A stretch of DNA of 64,000 nt from Eledone cirrhosa (GCA_964016885.1 OZ024757.1:33046001-33110000); one strand, 5' to 3'. Numbered from the stretch's first letter, positions 1 through 16,623 are shown. Notes: generated from the sequence alone by a model not told the origin. Program-made: numbers and translations.

Positions 1-245
1 ACACTAATATTGGAATGTAAATATTGGTATAATAGAATTACATTCCGGAATGTCTTATCAAAAATAAATAGATAAATGAAAAAAAAGCAAGTGTGACTAA
101 ACCACACAGAAATTACAAGTATTTTCTGTGAGAAAGGGATCATATTTGATAAATTTATACACATTGCACATACATATAAGAATTTGTTAGTGTGTGTATA
201 TGTGTTTCATATGTATGCATGTGTTTCATATGTATGCATGTGTTT

Positions 246-599
246 CATCATCATCACCGTTTTACGTCCGTTCTTCCACGCTAGCATGGGTTAGACGGGT
301 TGTCCTGTTGTAGGCAGTGTCCGGTCGGCTGACCTTGTCTTGCTCATACGGGAATTGATTCTGGCTTGATTTCTACAGCTGGATGCCCTTCCTAACACCA
401 ACCTCATTTACAGTGAGTGCTGGGTGCTTTTTTGCCGTGGCACCCCCACGACCACTTTGCAGTTCTCTTCAGCTGAGTAAACTGGAGCAATGTGAAATAA
501 AGTGTCTTGCTCAAGGAAACAACACATCACTCGGTCTAAGAATTGAACTCACAACCTTTTGATTGCAAGCCCAATGCTCTAACCACTAAGCCATGTACC

Positions 600-600
<1 letters not shown>
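246..600 (-). mobile_element. tRNA-derived SINE family 1 (CORE-like body, RTE-type (GAT)n tail)
   Basis: A/B boxes, CCTTGAGCAAGACACTT body and TTAGGAAGGGCATCCAGC motif. Confidence 0.85.
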
Positions 601-639
<39 letters not shown>

Positions 640-644
640 CATAT

Positions 645-848
645 AAAAGTTTATCCCAGGTTCAATCAGAGGTAACCACAGTAAGTAAGGTACCCAATAC
701 ATAACAGAGTATAAATATTTAATATAGAAATGGCTTCTACAGGAATAGAACTGTTTCATTCGGGAGAAATCATCAGGAGCTTCCTGATGATTTCTCCCGA
801 ATGAAACAGTTTTAGTCCTGTAGAAGCCATATCTATATTAAATATATA
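645..848 (-). mobile_element. Family A hammerhead fold-back element (Penelope-like pLTR)
   Basis: Palindrome about 715-845 centred near 780, with a tail at 645-715; microsatellite flanks. Confidence 0.8.
779..827 (+). ncRNA. Type I hammerhead ribozyme motif (family A)
   Basis: gcttc CTGATGA t-ttc tccc gaa-t GAAACAG ttttagtc CTGT A gaagc; predicted cleavage after GUA. Confidence 0.8.
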
Positions 849-1063
849 TGTATGTATACATATGTATGTATATATATATGTATGTATATATATATATATG
901 TATGTAAGGTGACAAATTGGCAGAGGTGTTAGAATGTCAGATAGAATGCTTTGTGGTATTCATTTTGGTTCTCTGAGTTCAAATCCTGCTGAGGTTAACT
1001 TTGCCTTTCATCCTTTTGAGGTCAATAAAAAAAATACCAGTTCAGTACTGGGGTCGATTCTTA

Positions 1064-1398
1064 AGACCAGCCAAGCGAAGAAGCTGGATGCATTTGATTC
1101 CAGATGTCTGCGAAAGATACTGGGGATTAAATGGAGTGACGATATAACAAACCAGGAAGTCAGGAACCGCACCAACCAGCAGCTAGTCTCTTCTACCATC
1201 TGCAAGCAATGCCTGGGCTGGTTTGGACACACTTTGAGACTTCGCCAAGTACTTAAATGGAGCCCACAGGGAAGTAGACGGAGAGGGCGACCCAAAATGA
1301 ACTGGCGCCATACAGTTGAGAGGGACTTGCGAGCGACAAACAGACTATGGCGGGACGCTGTGCAACTGGCTGCTGACCAAACGCGATGGAACACTATG
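1064..1398 (+). mobile_element. RTE-like LINE ORF C-terminal fragment
   Basis: LDAFDSRCLRKILGIKW...WFGH...GSRRRGRPKMNW. Confidence 0.85.
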
Positions 1399-1590
1399 AT
1401 TCTGAGTCGATTCTTCCTCTCTAGATCTCTTTCTCACTTTCTATCCTTCTCTAGAAGGAGTCTCTGGTCTGGGATGAGCTACACCAGGCTTAAAATGCCC
1501 AAGAATTGCCGTATGGCACTATGGTACCCCATGACTCCATCAAGAGTTACAGGTCCATGCCATACCACACCATGTATGTATGTGTGTGTG

Positions 1591-1649
<59 letters not shown>

Positions 1650-1677
1650 AAATGTGTGAAATCCTTTGTTCAATTAG

Positions 1678-1829
1678 GTATATTTAAAAAAAAGGAAAAG
1701 AATGACTTCACTCATAGTTCTAAGCAATTTGAATTAATTTTATATCATGATTTGACCAAATCATAATGTCATAAAATTAAATCAAATTGTTTAGAACTAC
1801 AAGTGAAGTCATTCATTTCCTTTTTTAAA

Positions 1830-1835
<6 letters not shown>
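1678..1835. repeat. Imperfect palindrome between microsatellites
   Basis: Centre atgatttg-ac-caaatcat. Confidence 0.7.
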
Positions 1836-1869
<34 letters not shown>

Positions 1870-2558
1870 TTATATAGATATATATCCGTGTGATGTTGAT
1901 GGATGTGATAATGCGTACACAATACCTAAGTAGAGTTTAAATATTCTTCATTATGGTTAAGTGATAAGTTTTGTTATTTGAGAGTTTCACAAGACAATAT
2001 ATATATATATAATTTCACACACACACACATATATATGTATGTATAGTGGATTGTGTAGTTTTTCCATACTGCATGCATTATATATAAACCACAACAGAAA
2101 CACAAACTCTCCATCTCAATTTTACTTTTGAAAATCATAAGAACTGTGAAACTGGTAAAGTAAATAAATAAATATTCTGAAAAGACAGCAGTTGCATTTT
2201 CAATTTATTTTCCTTATATATATATCATCATCATTGTTTAACGTCTATCTTCCACGCTAGCATGGGCTAGATGGGAATTGTCCCACTTGAGGCAAGATTA
2301 ATCAGGTGACCGTGTCTCGCTCATATAGAACTGTATCTGGCAGGTTTTCTATGGCTGGATGCCCTTCCTAACACCAACCACATTTACAGTGTGGACTGGG
2401 AGCCTATTTGCTGTGTCTCCTACACAACCACTTTACAACGTGGACTGGGTGTTTTTTGTGGTGACGCCTACATCTTTCCTTATATATATATCATCATCAT
2501 CATCATCATCGTTTAATGTCTATCTTCCATGCTAGCATGGGTTAGACTAATATATATA

Positions 2559-2631
<73 letters not shown>

Positions 2632-3044
2632 AAAATATGTATGTTTATATAGAAATGTATGTATGCAGAGGGAAGTATGTAGGCATTTATGTATGTAGGT
2701 ATGTACCGATGCATGTATATATATGTAGGAATGTATGTGCATAAGCATGCTTACATTTCTGTATATATTATATATTATGACCTTGGCATGCGAAGTGACC
2801 TGGCTGACCAGATGCTGAGAGTGACATTTTAGTGAAATTGTCTTCTACGTGACTTCAGTAAATATACGGAGGAAAACAAAGGAACATATAGAGTACACTG
2901 TCATCTTAATACCAAACACTGTGTCGTATTTCTTTGTTTAGTAATTTCTGGCTTGTGTATATACACAAGCACAAGAATGCACGTACAAAACACATTCACC
3001 CCGCATTACAAAGAACGATGAACTACATCATGGATTGCTAGCTC

Positions 3045-4410
<1,366 letters not shown>

Positions 4411-4509
4411 TTGGTCCATTTTGTCCTTTGAAACAATCGTAAAACAAAGGATTAATTAACCTCTAAACGATGTCGTATTTGAGGATATCTATTTGAGGAT
4501 ATCATCTTT

Positions 4510-5630
4510 CCAAGAAAACAAATTTCACTTCGCTTCGATATACATATACATATATATAAGTGGCTGAAGCAAGGTAGCAGCTAGACAAACAGTAATCTGA
4601 TGGTGGAACAACACTGTAAACAGAGCCATTAAAGCTAAGGTACAAGCATGGAAAGATTGGGAAAATGGAAGCAACAAAGAAGAGTATCAAGTAACTAAAA
4701 AAGAAGTTAGATGACAAGCTTACGTAATATGTGAAGAAGCTGAAAACAGGAGCTTTGCCAAAGTTCTGTGTTATGAAAGAGGAGGTGTTCTACATTGCAA
4801 AGCAGTGTGTCAATGTGAATCAGGATGTTGTTGGGGAAAGGTGTGTTTGAAATGACACTGGTGCCTTACTGATGCCCAGAACCAGAAGAAAGAAGCTTGG
4901 AAACATTATTATAATAGATTGATGAATATGGAGATGTGCAAGGAAGAATGACTAACTCCAGTTGATTCAACCAGCTATCAAAGTTGACAGTTTCAGGGTC
5001 CAAGAAGTGATCAAGGAAATATAAGATGGAAATCTGCTGGGCTGTCAGAGATAGTCACTGAGATGCTGAAATTATTTTGGGAAATAGGAGTCAAGATAGT
5101 CACCTATATAGCCAATCAGGTAATACATGGAGGCACATGGCTTCGTGGTTAGAGCATTGGCCTTGCAATCGAAAGGTTGTGAGTTCAATTCTCAAACCGG
5201 GTGATGTGTTGTTTCCTTGAACAAGACACTTTATTTCACATTGCTCCAGTTCACTCAGCTGTAGAAATGAGATGATAGGACTAGGGTCCATGTCATTCCA
5301 TTGCAAAGTGGTCGTGGAGGTGCCATGGCAAAAAAGCACCCAGCCCACATTGTAAAGTGGACATGTAGGCACCACAGAAAAAAAGCACCCAGCACTCACT
5401 GTAAATGAGGTTGGTGTTAGGAAGGGCATCCAGCTGTAGAAATCAAACCAGAATCAGTTCCCGTCCCACCCTTGCAAGCAGGCAAAAGCGGACATATGCT
5501 GATGATGATGATGATGTCATACCCAATGACTGACATAGCAGCAGTGTAATTGTTACTTGTTACAAGGAAATAGGTGATGCTCAGGAAAGGAGCAACTACA
5601 GAGGTATAAAACTGTTGCACCAAGAAGCAG
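4510..5630 (+). mobile_element. Decayed RTE LINE fragment
   Basis: Similar to 24564-24915; NYRGIKLL after the SINE insertion. Confidence 0.65.
5129..5515 (+). mobile_element. SINE family 1
   Basis: As above; interrupts an RTE remnant. Confidence 0.85.
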
Positions 5631-5883
5631 GGCAACTGACTTCAACCCTTTAGCATTTAAACCGGCCCTATCCGGCCAGAATTCTCTCACCTCTTCCTGT
5701 TCAAACTGGCTTCGATAGAGCGCTCGTGACGTTTGCTCTAATCCAATTAGAAATCAAGCTAAATCAGTTCCTGTATGAGCAAGGCATGGTCAGCCGACCA
5801 GACACTGCCCACAACAGGACAACCCACCTAACCCATGCTAGCGTGGAAGAACGGACGTAAAACGGTGATGATGATGATGATGA

Positions 5884-5917
<34 letters not shown>

Positions 5918-5936
5918 ATATATATATATATATATA

Positions 5937-5967
<31 letters not shown>

Positions 5968-6106
5968 AACTGAAAATTTTGCGTTTATCGTTTTCGGTGC
6001 ACCCGGCCGATTAATTCACTCGACATGCAAATTGGGCTGCTCAGCCGTTAATATGCATAAGGAAAGTATATACTTTCAGACGTTCAATCATCTGGCAGGA
6101 AGGTAT

Positions 6107-6149
6107 ACGTTGCTGACGATAGCTAATAAGATTGAAACTAGTACAGCGT
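6107..6149 (+). ncRNA. Minimal hammerhead motif (element about 5968-6268)
   Basis: acgttg CTGACGA tagctaataagatt GAAA ctag TA cagcgt; weak stem II, palindromic stem III. Confidence 0.72.
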
Positions 6150-6375
6150 TCCTTTGTCAGTGTTGAACAAATGAGCAACGATGGTTGCTAGACACTACGG
6201 CTTAACTCGGGATGTTTGTTTACAAACATCCCGAGCATTATAATAAATGTTTGGTGAATCCATACGTACATATATATATGTGTGCATGTATGTATATATA
6301 TATACATACTACTGTACGTCTGTATACATATATGTATGTACGTATACATACTTATATATATATATATATATAGAA

Positions 6376-6419
<44 letters not shown>

Positions 6420-6429
6420 ATAGATATAG

Positions 6430-6995
<566 letters not shown>

Positions 6996-7334
6996 ATAAT
7001 ATAATTGAATATATATACAATATTATAACTCACAATATAGCTAAATAAATTTTAATTCTGGAATCATATTGCACCTTTCCTTTTAAATTAACGTAAATAC
7101 AAGATCTTCTTCCTTTTTCTTCTTTCTTTTTCCTACACATACATTTAAATTTTGCATAGCATCTAAAATAACGGGTTTTTTTCAGCCCTATACCTCTACC
7201 TCATTTGCATACTCATCTTAATAATTTGAAATATCTGACTTTTCTTCTCTTATCCCTTCACTATCGAAGGAAAACTTGAACCATTAAGGTATCTTTTTCT
7301 TGGTTAATGTCAAAATTTATAAAACATACTTTGC

Positions 7335-7393
7335 ATTTTATCTGATGAAAGCATACCAAAGTTTTGGTACCCTTGAAATATATATAATAGAAT
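7335..7393 (+). ncRNA. Hammerhead motif (family C)
   Basis: attttat CTGATGA aag-c-ataccaaa gt tttggtac-c-ctt GAAA tatata TA atagaat. Confidence 0.78.
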
Positions 7394-7435
7394 AAATATT
7401 GTTTTAATAAATATAGTTTCCATTTATTTAATATC

Positions 7436-7483
<48 letters not shown>

Positions 7484-7630
7484 CATACATATATATATAC
7501 ACACATATATATATATATTTACACACATATATATATATATTTATTAAAATAACAGATTTTAGTCTTCAAATTTATTATTATTACTATATATATATATATA
7601 TATATATATAAATACATATATATATATATA

Positions 7631-7971
7631 GAGGTGTAACACATGAGTTGTGATATATTAGTAAAAGGAAAAGGAAATGCTGACACATTTTTCCCAGTGA
7701 AAAATAGTTTAATTAGGAATAAGTATAAATTACTAATAAGTATTGGTGAGTATTCAGTTTTAGTTTTAAGTTTTTACCGGTTGCGCATTTCTAATGCTTT
7801 TCAAAAATAATTTTGAGATAGAGCGCTCGTGATGTTTGCTCTAATCCAATTAGAGGTAAAAACTTAAAACTAAAACTGAATACTCACCAATACTTATTAG
7901 TAATTTATACTTATTCCTAATTAAACTATTTTTCACTGGGAAAAATTTGTTAGCATTTTCTTTTCCTTTTA

Positions 7972-7980
<9 letters not shown>
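7631..7980 (-). mobile_element. Inverted-repeat element, 126-bp arms and 76-bp spacer
   Basis: 7653-7778 is complementary to 7855-7980; (TA)n flanks. Confidence 0.75.
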
Positions 7981-8042
<62 letters not shown>

Positions 8043-8951
8043 ATATAGAGGGAGAGTGAGATTTTCTGTATAACTGCACTGTTTGAAATAACCACTACTG
8101 TCCATTAAGTTTATAAAATAGCAAAATAGCCCCTGCTAAATATTTTGCAGTGATCATGGGAATAGATATAAAGATGTTTATCTTAGAATTCGTCTGAAGC
8201 CCTAATGACAACAGGAAGGGACCCCCGCCTCCACCTCAACAGGATACACTGACAATAGGCCAATATTTTTGTTATCACACTCGAAAGGAAGGAAGATCTT
8301 TGCCTGAAGTACCAGGTGTTATTAATAAAAATGGTATTAATAAGACTGAGGACAAATAATAAGAGTCAGTGGCTAGGTTTTTGACTCAATGGTGTTTCCT
8401 CTTGAAATTGAAAAGAGGAAAAGAGGGTCAGTGTGTTTGTGTGTGTGTGTGAAGTGTGTATGTGGTGTGTGTGTTGGTGCGTGTGTGGTGTGTTTGTGCA
8501 CGTGATTGTCTGTCTATCTGTATATCTATCTTGCTAGCCAGCTAGTTAACTAGATAGACAGCTATGTGAGTATATAAATGCCAACTCACACACATACATA
8601 TATATATACATTGAAGGTAGGTAGCCTAGTGGTAAGGGTGTTGGACTTACGATCATAATGTCATGGGTTAGATTCCTGGGTTGTATATTGTGTTCTTGAG
8701 CAAAACACTTCATTTCACATTGCTCCAGTATACTCAGCTGAAAATGAGTACCAGCAAAAGGTGGGGGTTTAACCCTGCGATGGGCTGGTGTCCTCTCCAG
8801 GGGGAAGTCTTGTACTCTCAGTCACTTCACGTCATGAAACCAGGATAAGCACCGGCCCAATGAGCCTTCTGGCTTAAGACAGACTTTAGACTACATACAT
8901 ATATACCTACCTACATACACACACATACACATGTATGCACATACATACGAG

Positions 8952-8979
<28 letters not shown>

Positions 8980-8982
<3 letters not shown>

Positions 8983-9333
8983 TCATCATTTCATCATTTC
9001 ATTTTACGTCCGCTTTTCTGCTTTTTCCCTGCTTGCAAGGGTGGGACGGGAACTGATTCTGGCTTGATTTCTACAGCTGGATGCCCTTCCTAACACCAAC
9101 CTCATTTACAGTGAGTGCTGGGTGCTTTTTTTCCGTGGCACCTCCACGACCACTTTGCAGTGGAATGATAGGGACCCCAGTCCCTATCAACTCATTTCTA
9201 CAGCTGAGTAAACTGGAGCAATGTGAAATAAAGTGTCTTGCTCAAGGAAACAACACATCACCCGGTCTGAGAATTGAACTCGCAACCTTTCGATTGCAAG
9301 GCCAATGCTCTAACCACTAAGCCATGTGCTTCC
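8980..9333 (-). mobile_element. SINE family 1
   Basis: Near-identical to the 25671 copy. Confidence 0.88.
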
Positions 9334-9505
9334 ATATATATATATATATATATACACACACATACACATACATATATATAAGAGGCATGTGTATATTAAA
9401 TCTAAATGAGTAAGCTTTTATATTAAATATATATATATATATATGGGTGTGTATAATGCATGAATCTGCACAGCCAGTATATATTATATATATACATATA
9501 TATAT

Positions 9506-10208
<703 letters not shown>

Positions 10209-10221
10209 ATATATATTATAT

Positions 10222-10255
<34 letters not shown>

Positions 10256-10410
10256 CCGTTTTACGTCCGTTCTTCCATGCTAGCATGGGTTAAACAGGTT
10301 GTCCTGTTGTGGGCAGTAGCTGGTCGGCTGACCATGCCTTGCTCATACGGGAACTGATTCTGGCCTGATTTCTACAGCTGGATGCCCTACATAACACCAA
10401 TCTCATATAT

Positions 10411-10748
10411 GGAGGCACATGGCTTAGTGGTTAGAGCATTGGCCTTGCAATCGAAAGGTTGTGAGTTCAATTCTCAGACCGGGTGATGTGTTGTTTCCTC
10501 GAGCAAGACACTTTATTTCACATTGCTCCAGTTTACTCAGCTGTAGAAATGAGATGATAGGACTGGGGTCCCTATCATTCCACTACAAAGTGGTCGTGGA
10601 GGTGACACGGCAAAAAAAGCACCCAGCACTCACTGTAAATGAGGTTGGTGTTAGGAAGGGCATCCAGCTGTAGAAATCAAGCCAGAATCAGTTCCCGTCC
10701 CACCCTTGCAAGCAGGGAAAAAGCAGACATAAAATGAAATGATGATGA
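10411..10748 (+). mobile_element. SINE family 1
   Basis: Full length. Confidence 0.88.
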
Positions 10749-10954
10749 TATATATATATATGTGTGTGTATATATATATATATACACACACGTTTAAATC
10801 TGGTGGTTTACCAGAGCAGAATTGGTCATTCTGAAATGTACATAGTGTTTACAGTAATAAATAATGAAGGAAATTCAACATATTTGGCCTCCTGACATTT
10901 CACTTTATAATATATATATGTGTGTGTGTGTGAGTGCATATATATATGTGCACT

Positions 10955-11551
10955 GCAAGCAAGGTGACTGATGAAGCAAAGTCGGAGAACAGCACGGTTC
11001 CCATGACTTTCGGAAACATTTTTTCACGCTCAGAGTTGCTGAAGCATGGAACAAACTACCTGCATCGGTTGTGAGCTGTCGAGACACTGCATCCTTTAAG
11101 GCCTCCATGGAACGAACTACCTGCATCGGTTGTTAGCTGTCGAGACACTGCATCCTTTAAGGCCTCCATGGAACAAACTGCCTGCATCGGTTGTTAGCTG
11201 TCGAGACACTGCATCCTTTAAGGCCTCCATGGAACAAACTGCCTGCATCGGTTGTTAGCTGTCGAGACACTGCATCCTTTAAGGCCTCCATGGAACAAAC
11301 TGCCTGCATCGGTTGTTAGCTGTCGAGACACTGCATCCTTTAAGGCCTCCATGCTTCCCGAGATCCACCAACACTACACCTAATGTTCCCCCTCCATACA
11401 CATACACATACACACATGTATACCATGACTCATACACTATTAACTTCCCTGACATTTGTGTATTACTCTATGTACCATACATACACCTTTGACGAGTTGT
11501 AGTGCACCTGAGCACTTTACACAATAATTTCATTATTATTATTATTATTAT
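10955..11551 (+). mobile_element. CR1-type LINE 3' end
   Basis: RKHFFTLRVAEAWNKLPASVVSCRDTASFK matches the CR1 ORF2 C-terminal pattern; (ATT)n tail. Confidence 0.8.
11045..11353 (+). repeat. 5 x 61-bp tandem repeat
   Basis: Units start at 11045, 11106, 11167, 11228 and 11289, each with CATG. Confidence 0.95.
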
Positions 11552-12019
11552 GATGCATTTGTTATGTAACTACATGTTTGTCAGTTATGTAACCATCTGA
11601 TCGTGTTATGTAACTATGTGTATTTTCTGGTATACACACATACATGCACACACACACAAATAAATATATATATATACATATATATACATATATATACATA
11701 TATATACATATATATACATACATACATATATATATATGTAATGCAACATATACAAAAACAGTTAAAAACACATTGCTGGCAAAGGATAATACAATGCTGA
11801 TGAGGTGAAATTGAAGCCAAAACATATTGGCCAATTTAAAACTCCAATCATGAAAAGAAAATATACATACATTCATATATACACATGTGCATACATAAAT
11901 AAACAAATACATACATACAAACATATACATATACATGCATAAACACATACATACAGACACACATACATCCATATATAAACACATATGTACATACATAATT
12001 ACATATATACAGTCATAGA

Positions 12020-12066
<47 letters not shown>

Positions 12067-12660
12067 GACTATGAGTCTAATCTCTAAATATAATATAGTA
12101 TATATATATATATATATATATACGACATTCATACATACATACATTCACACATAGATACATACACACAGTTATACATATATATGTTTTGAATTGTGCATAC
12201 ACACATATGTGTGTGTGTGTATGCACAACTCAAAACATACAGATCCAGACATGTATTAACATCTATATGCACACAAAGACATCCAAACACATGAATAATT
12301 ACCAAGTCGATGTTATCTAAATTCCAATGAGTGTTGTTTCTGTGTTAGAAACCAGTTCTTTTTTTATTGGTGGTAATTAAAAAAGAATATATATATAGAT
12401 ATATAGATAGATTTCTTTATTAGCCACAAGGGCGCAACAAGAAAGGGGACAATACAAAGACATGCCGGGGATTTTACATACAGTCGTGTAAAAAATATAA
12501 AAACAAACAATTTCAACAATCGAAATCCCCAATAGGGGGGAGGCGCCACAAATGGGTTGTTTAATACCCCGTCGATAGAACAACCCTCAACTCAAGGAGC
12601 ATGTTGTGCAAGTGATAGATAGATAGATAGATAGATATGTAAATATATATATACATATGA

Positions 12661-12716
<56 letters not shown>

Positions 12717-12781
12717 GCAAGAGTATTTTGTATATCTGGCGATATACGCTGTGTTTATGAATAAACATAGAGTGAACAACT

Positions 12782-12818
<37 letters not shown>

Positions 12819-12948
12819 ATGTATTTTTATATATACACACACACACATACATAAATAAATACATGCATAAATACATAGATTCATACATATATACAGAGAT
12901 ACACCCATGCATACATACATGTATATTCATATATTATATATATATATG

Positions 12949-13240
12949 TGGAGGCACGTGGCCTAGTGGTAACAGTGTTGGACTTACGATCATAATGTCG
13001 TGGGTTCGATTCCTGGGTTGTGTGTTGTGTTCTTGAGCAAAACACTTCATTTCACTTTGCTCCAGTATACTCAGCTGAAAATGAGTACCAGCAATAGCTG
13101 GAGGTTTAACCCTGCGATGGACTGGTGTCCTGTCCAGGGGGGGGGGGGGGTCTTGTACTCTCAGTCACTTCATGCCATGAAACCGGGATAAGCATCAGCC
13201 AAATGAGCCTTCTGGCTTAAGACAGACTTTAGACTTTAGA
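12949..13240 (+). mobile_element. tRNA-derived SINE family 2 (also 8612-8892 and 46038-46287)
   Basis: tRNA head, CORE-like body, AACCCTGCGATGGACTGGTGTCC motif, (GACTTTA) tail. Confidence 0.8.
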
Positions 13241-13455
13241 CATATATATACAGATTTAAATACTTATATATACAGATTTACTTATATATGTAAATGTGGT
13301 TGGTGTTAGGAAGGGCATCCAACTGTAGAAAACCCGCCAGACAGTCCTATGCGAGCAAGACAACCACTCTTGCCTCAAGTGGGAAAACTCCCGTCCAAAC
13401 CCATGCAAGCATGGAACACGGACGTTAAACGATGATGATGATGATGATGATGATG

Positions 13456-13489
<34 letters not shown>

Positions 13490-13523
13490 TGAGAGAGAGA
13501 GAGAGAGAGAGTGAGAGTGAGAG

Positions 13524-13760
13524 AGGAGTTTATGTTGGTATGGACATGTGATGCGTATGAAGGAAGGCAGCTGCATAAAAAGGTGCAGAACACTAAAAGT
13601 CGATAGAAGCCTTGGAGTGAGAACACCGAAGATGACCAGGGATGAAGTGATAAATGCTGATCTTGCCCAATTGCACCTCTCAAAGGTGATGACACAGGAC
13701 CGAGACCTCTGGCGTTACACAGCAATACAGAAGACCCGACTTCCCACGGGTACAAGCTGA
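13524..13760 (+). mobile_element. RTE 3' fragment
   Basis: WYGHVMRM...QDRDLWR. Confidence 0.75.
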
Positions 13761-14455
13761 AGCTGAAGTATATAGACAGTACACCCCCACACCCTCCCAC
13801 TGTAAAGTGGAGGTATAGGCACCACAGTAAAGAAAGCACCCTGTACTCACTGTAAATGAGGTTGGTGTTTGGAAGGGCATCCAGCTGTAGAAAGCAAGCC
13901 AAAATCAGTTCTCTATGAGCAAGACATGGTCACCTGACCTGACATTGCTCACAACAGGACAACCCGTCTAACCCATACTGGCGTGGAAGAATGGACGTAA
14001 AACGGTGTTGTTGTTGATGATGATGATGATGATGATGCTATATATATATGTGAGTGTGTGTGTGATTAAATGTATATAAATGTGTAGACACTTATATACA
14101 CATAAATAAATAAATAAATACAAGCAAGCATACATAAGTACATACACACACAAGCATACATACATTCATGCATACATACACATATAAGTACATTCATGTA
14201 GGCATATACACACATACATACATATATGCAACTCCATAATTCATACGCTACTATAGATAATCACAATATCTAGGACAATAAAACCCTTAAGATCTTGAAA
14301 TATGAAGGTTTAAATGATTGTGTAAGACATGACAAAGAGAACAAAGCCCTTTTATTTCCAAACTGGTTATCGAACAGGTGCCAAGGTCAAAGTAGACTCT
14401 ATAGCACAAATGAGGATCAGGAAGAGACAAGCAATAGATCTATATATATATATTT

Positions 14456-14505
<50 letters not shown>

Positions 14506-14548
14506 AATATATATTTATATAAAATATATATATATATGAAAATATATA

Positions 14549-14593
<45 letters not shown>

Positions 14594-14668
14594 TACATTA
14601 TATATACATGAAACAACAACAGAAGGCTGGACTGGAAAGTTTACTTTAGAATTATTTTAATTCCGCGA

Positions 14669-14744
14669 AACCACTATACATATTTCAATGGCTCAGCTCT
14701 ATTATCTGATTATGATGTAAGAGTAGGTCATTTCATCAGGAGTT
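14669..14744 (-). ncRNA. Decayed hammerhead motif
   Basis: CTGATGA aatgac...gccatt GAAA tatgta TA; poor stem I. Confidence 0.4.
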
Positions 14745-15351
14745 ATTTGCAGAACTATGTAACAGGATTACAATGGACACAAACATAGAATAGAAAATAG
14801 GGGATAGAAAAAAATAGAAGATAGAAAATAGAAAAATTTGACTTGGAGGCAGCCTGCTAATATGGTGTTCACATTAAATAACTGTACAAACTATAAAGAT
14901 TTCATGTGTATATTTATTAAAGATTGGCTTCAAGATGTCCTCTCTCTCTCAGACAGATAGTTTTTACATTGGAACAGATAGTGACAAAGAGTTTCTGGGA
15001 AGTCACCACAACAACAGAGTTAACCTCCCACATTCTCAGTTCATGATAAAACATAATTCAATGGTATATGCCAAGTTCAAAGCCAGTATAGTCTTTATTT
15101 ATTAACATTGGTCAGTGTCTGATATGTTTTAAATGTTATCAGATCTGGTTGAGAAACTGGAGGATTGAAATTTGAGAGCTTATCCCTAGATTCTTCTTAA
15201 AATGTTTCCCACCTCTGACTAATTATATTTTTGCTAAATGATTTCACTTGCTACAGATTTGGGATGCAGTCTATGTTATTTCCCTTTGTACTCCTTCCTT
15301 TGCTAATTCATCAGCTTTCCTACTTCCTCTAATATCTGTATGGCCTGGTGT

Positions 15352-15723
15352 TTAACCCTTTAATGTTCAAACCGGCCAAAACCGGCCAGAATTCTCTACC
15401 TCTTTCTGTTGAAACTGGCTGTAACTGGTTGCTCAAACTGATATTAAGGTATTGTTCTCAAAATAAATACTTTCAAAATCTCATAGATTTGATATTATGT
15501 GAGATAATTATGTGAGGTAAAGCCTTTACCATGAAAATATAATAGTATATATAGAGTAATGTGAATGTTATGTGAGATAATTATGTGAGGTAAAGCCTTT
15601 ACCATGAAAATATAATAGTATATATAGAGTAATGTGAATGTTGTGAGATAATTATGTGAGGTAAAGCCTTTACCATGAAAATATAATAGTATATATAGAG
15701 TAATGTGAATGCTAAAGGGTTAA
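15352..15723 (+). mobile_element. piggyBac-like MITE with about 72-bp internal triplication
   Basis: TTAA-CCCTTTA...TAAAGGG-TTAA. Confidence 0.8.
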
Positions 15724-16497
15724 GTCAATGTTATTTGTTTATTATTTTCTGAGAGGATAGGCAGTATTGGTAGAAATTCAGACAACATGCTTTGCAGCAT
15801 ATAGTTACAGCCCTTTATGATCTGAGTTCACATTCCAATGAGGTTAGCTTTGCCTTTTATCCTTAGAGGGTTGACAAAATAATGCAACAGTAATACACTG
15901 GGGTCAATTTAATCGACTTTTCCCTCCCCCAAAATTGTTGGTCTCTGAGAGGTAGTTATCTATTCTTAGCAAGGCACTTTCAATATCTCTAACCTGACCC
16001 ACTTTTCTTGATTGAATCAGTTCTAGGTTCAATAAACTATCAGTATATAGAAAGCTTTTTTTCCCATGGCATTTATTTAACTGAATCTATGATGGATAAT
16101 ATAATTCCTCACCACTCTGAGTCAAATATTATGAAATCACGATGTAATCTGAAGCTCATATCTCTATTATTATTTTCGAAAGACCAAATAGCTCCACACC
16201 CAACTCTCTTGTCTGAATGTGCCGCATCTGTGAAACTGACCCAGTTCTTAAAACTGATTGACTTGTGTGATAATGTTATAAAATTCTTTTTCTTCCTCTT
16301 TAGGGTTTTTAATAGTTATTTTAAATGATTTTAATTGTCCTACCCATGGAAGAAACCAAATATCATGTTGTTTTCTTTTGCATTTAAACAGAGCAGTTAG
16401 CAGTTTATGTTTGGTAGGCTCTTCTATCAACAAGCAGGGGTTAACACGGCTTCATGAAAAGTAGCTATCTTAGGAGTAGATCTTAGAAATCCCAGTA

Positions 16498-16578
16498 TCA
16501 TCATCATCACTGTTTTATGTCCGTTCTTCCACGCTAACATGGGTTAGACAGGTTGTCCTGTTGTGGGCAGTGTCCGGT

Positions 16579-16623
<45 letters not shown>

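Noticed and set aside
11045-11353. CRISPR-like array
   Set aside because: No spacers; it is a head-to-tail repeat of LINE sequence in eukaryotic DNA.
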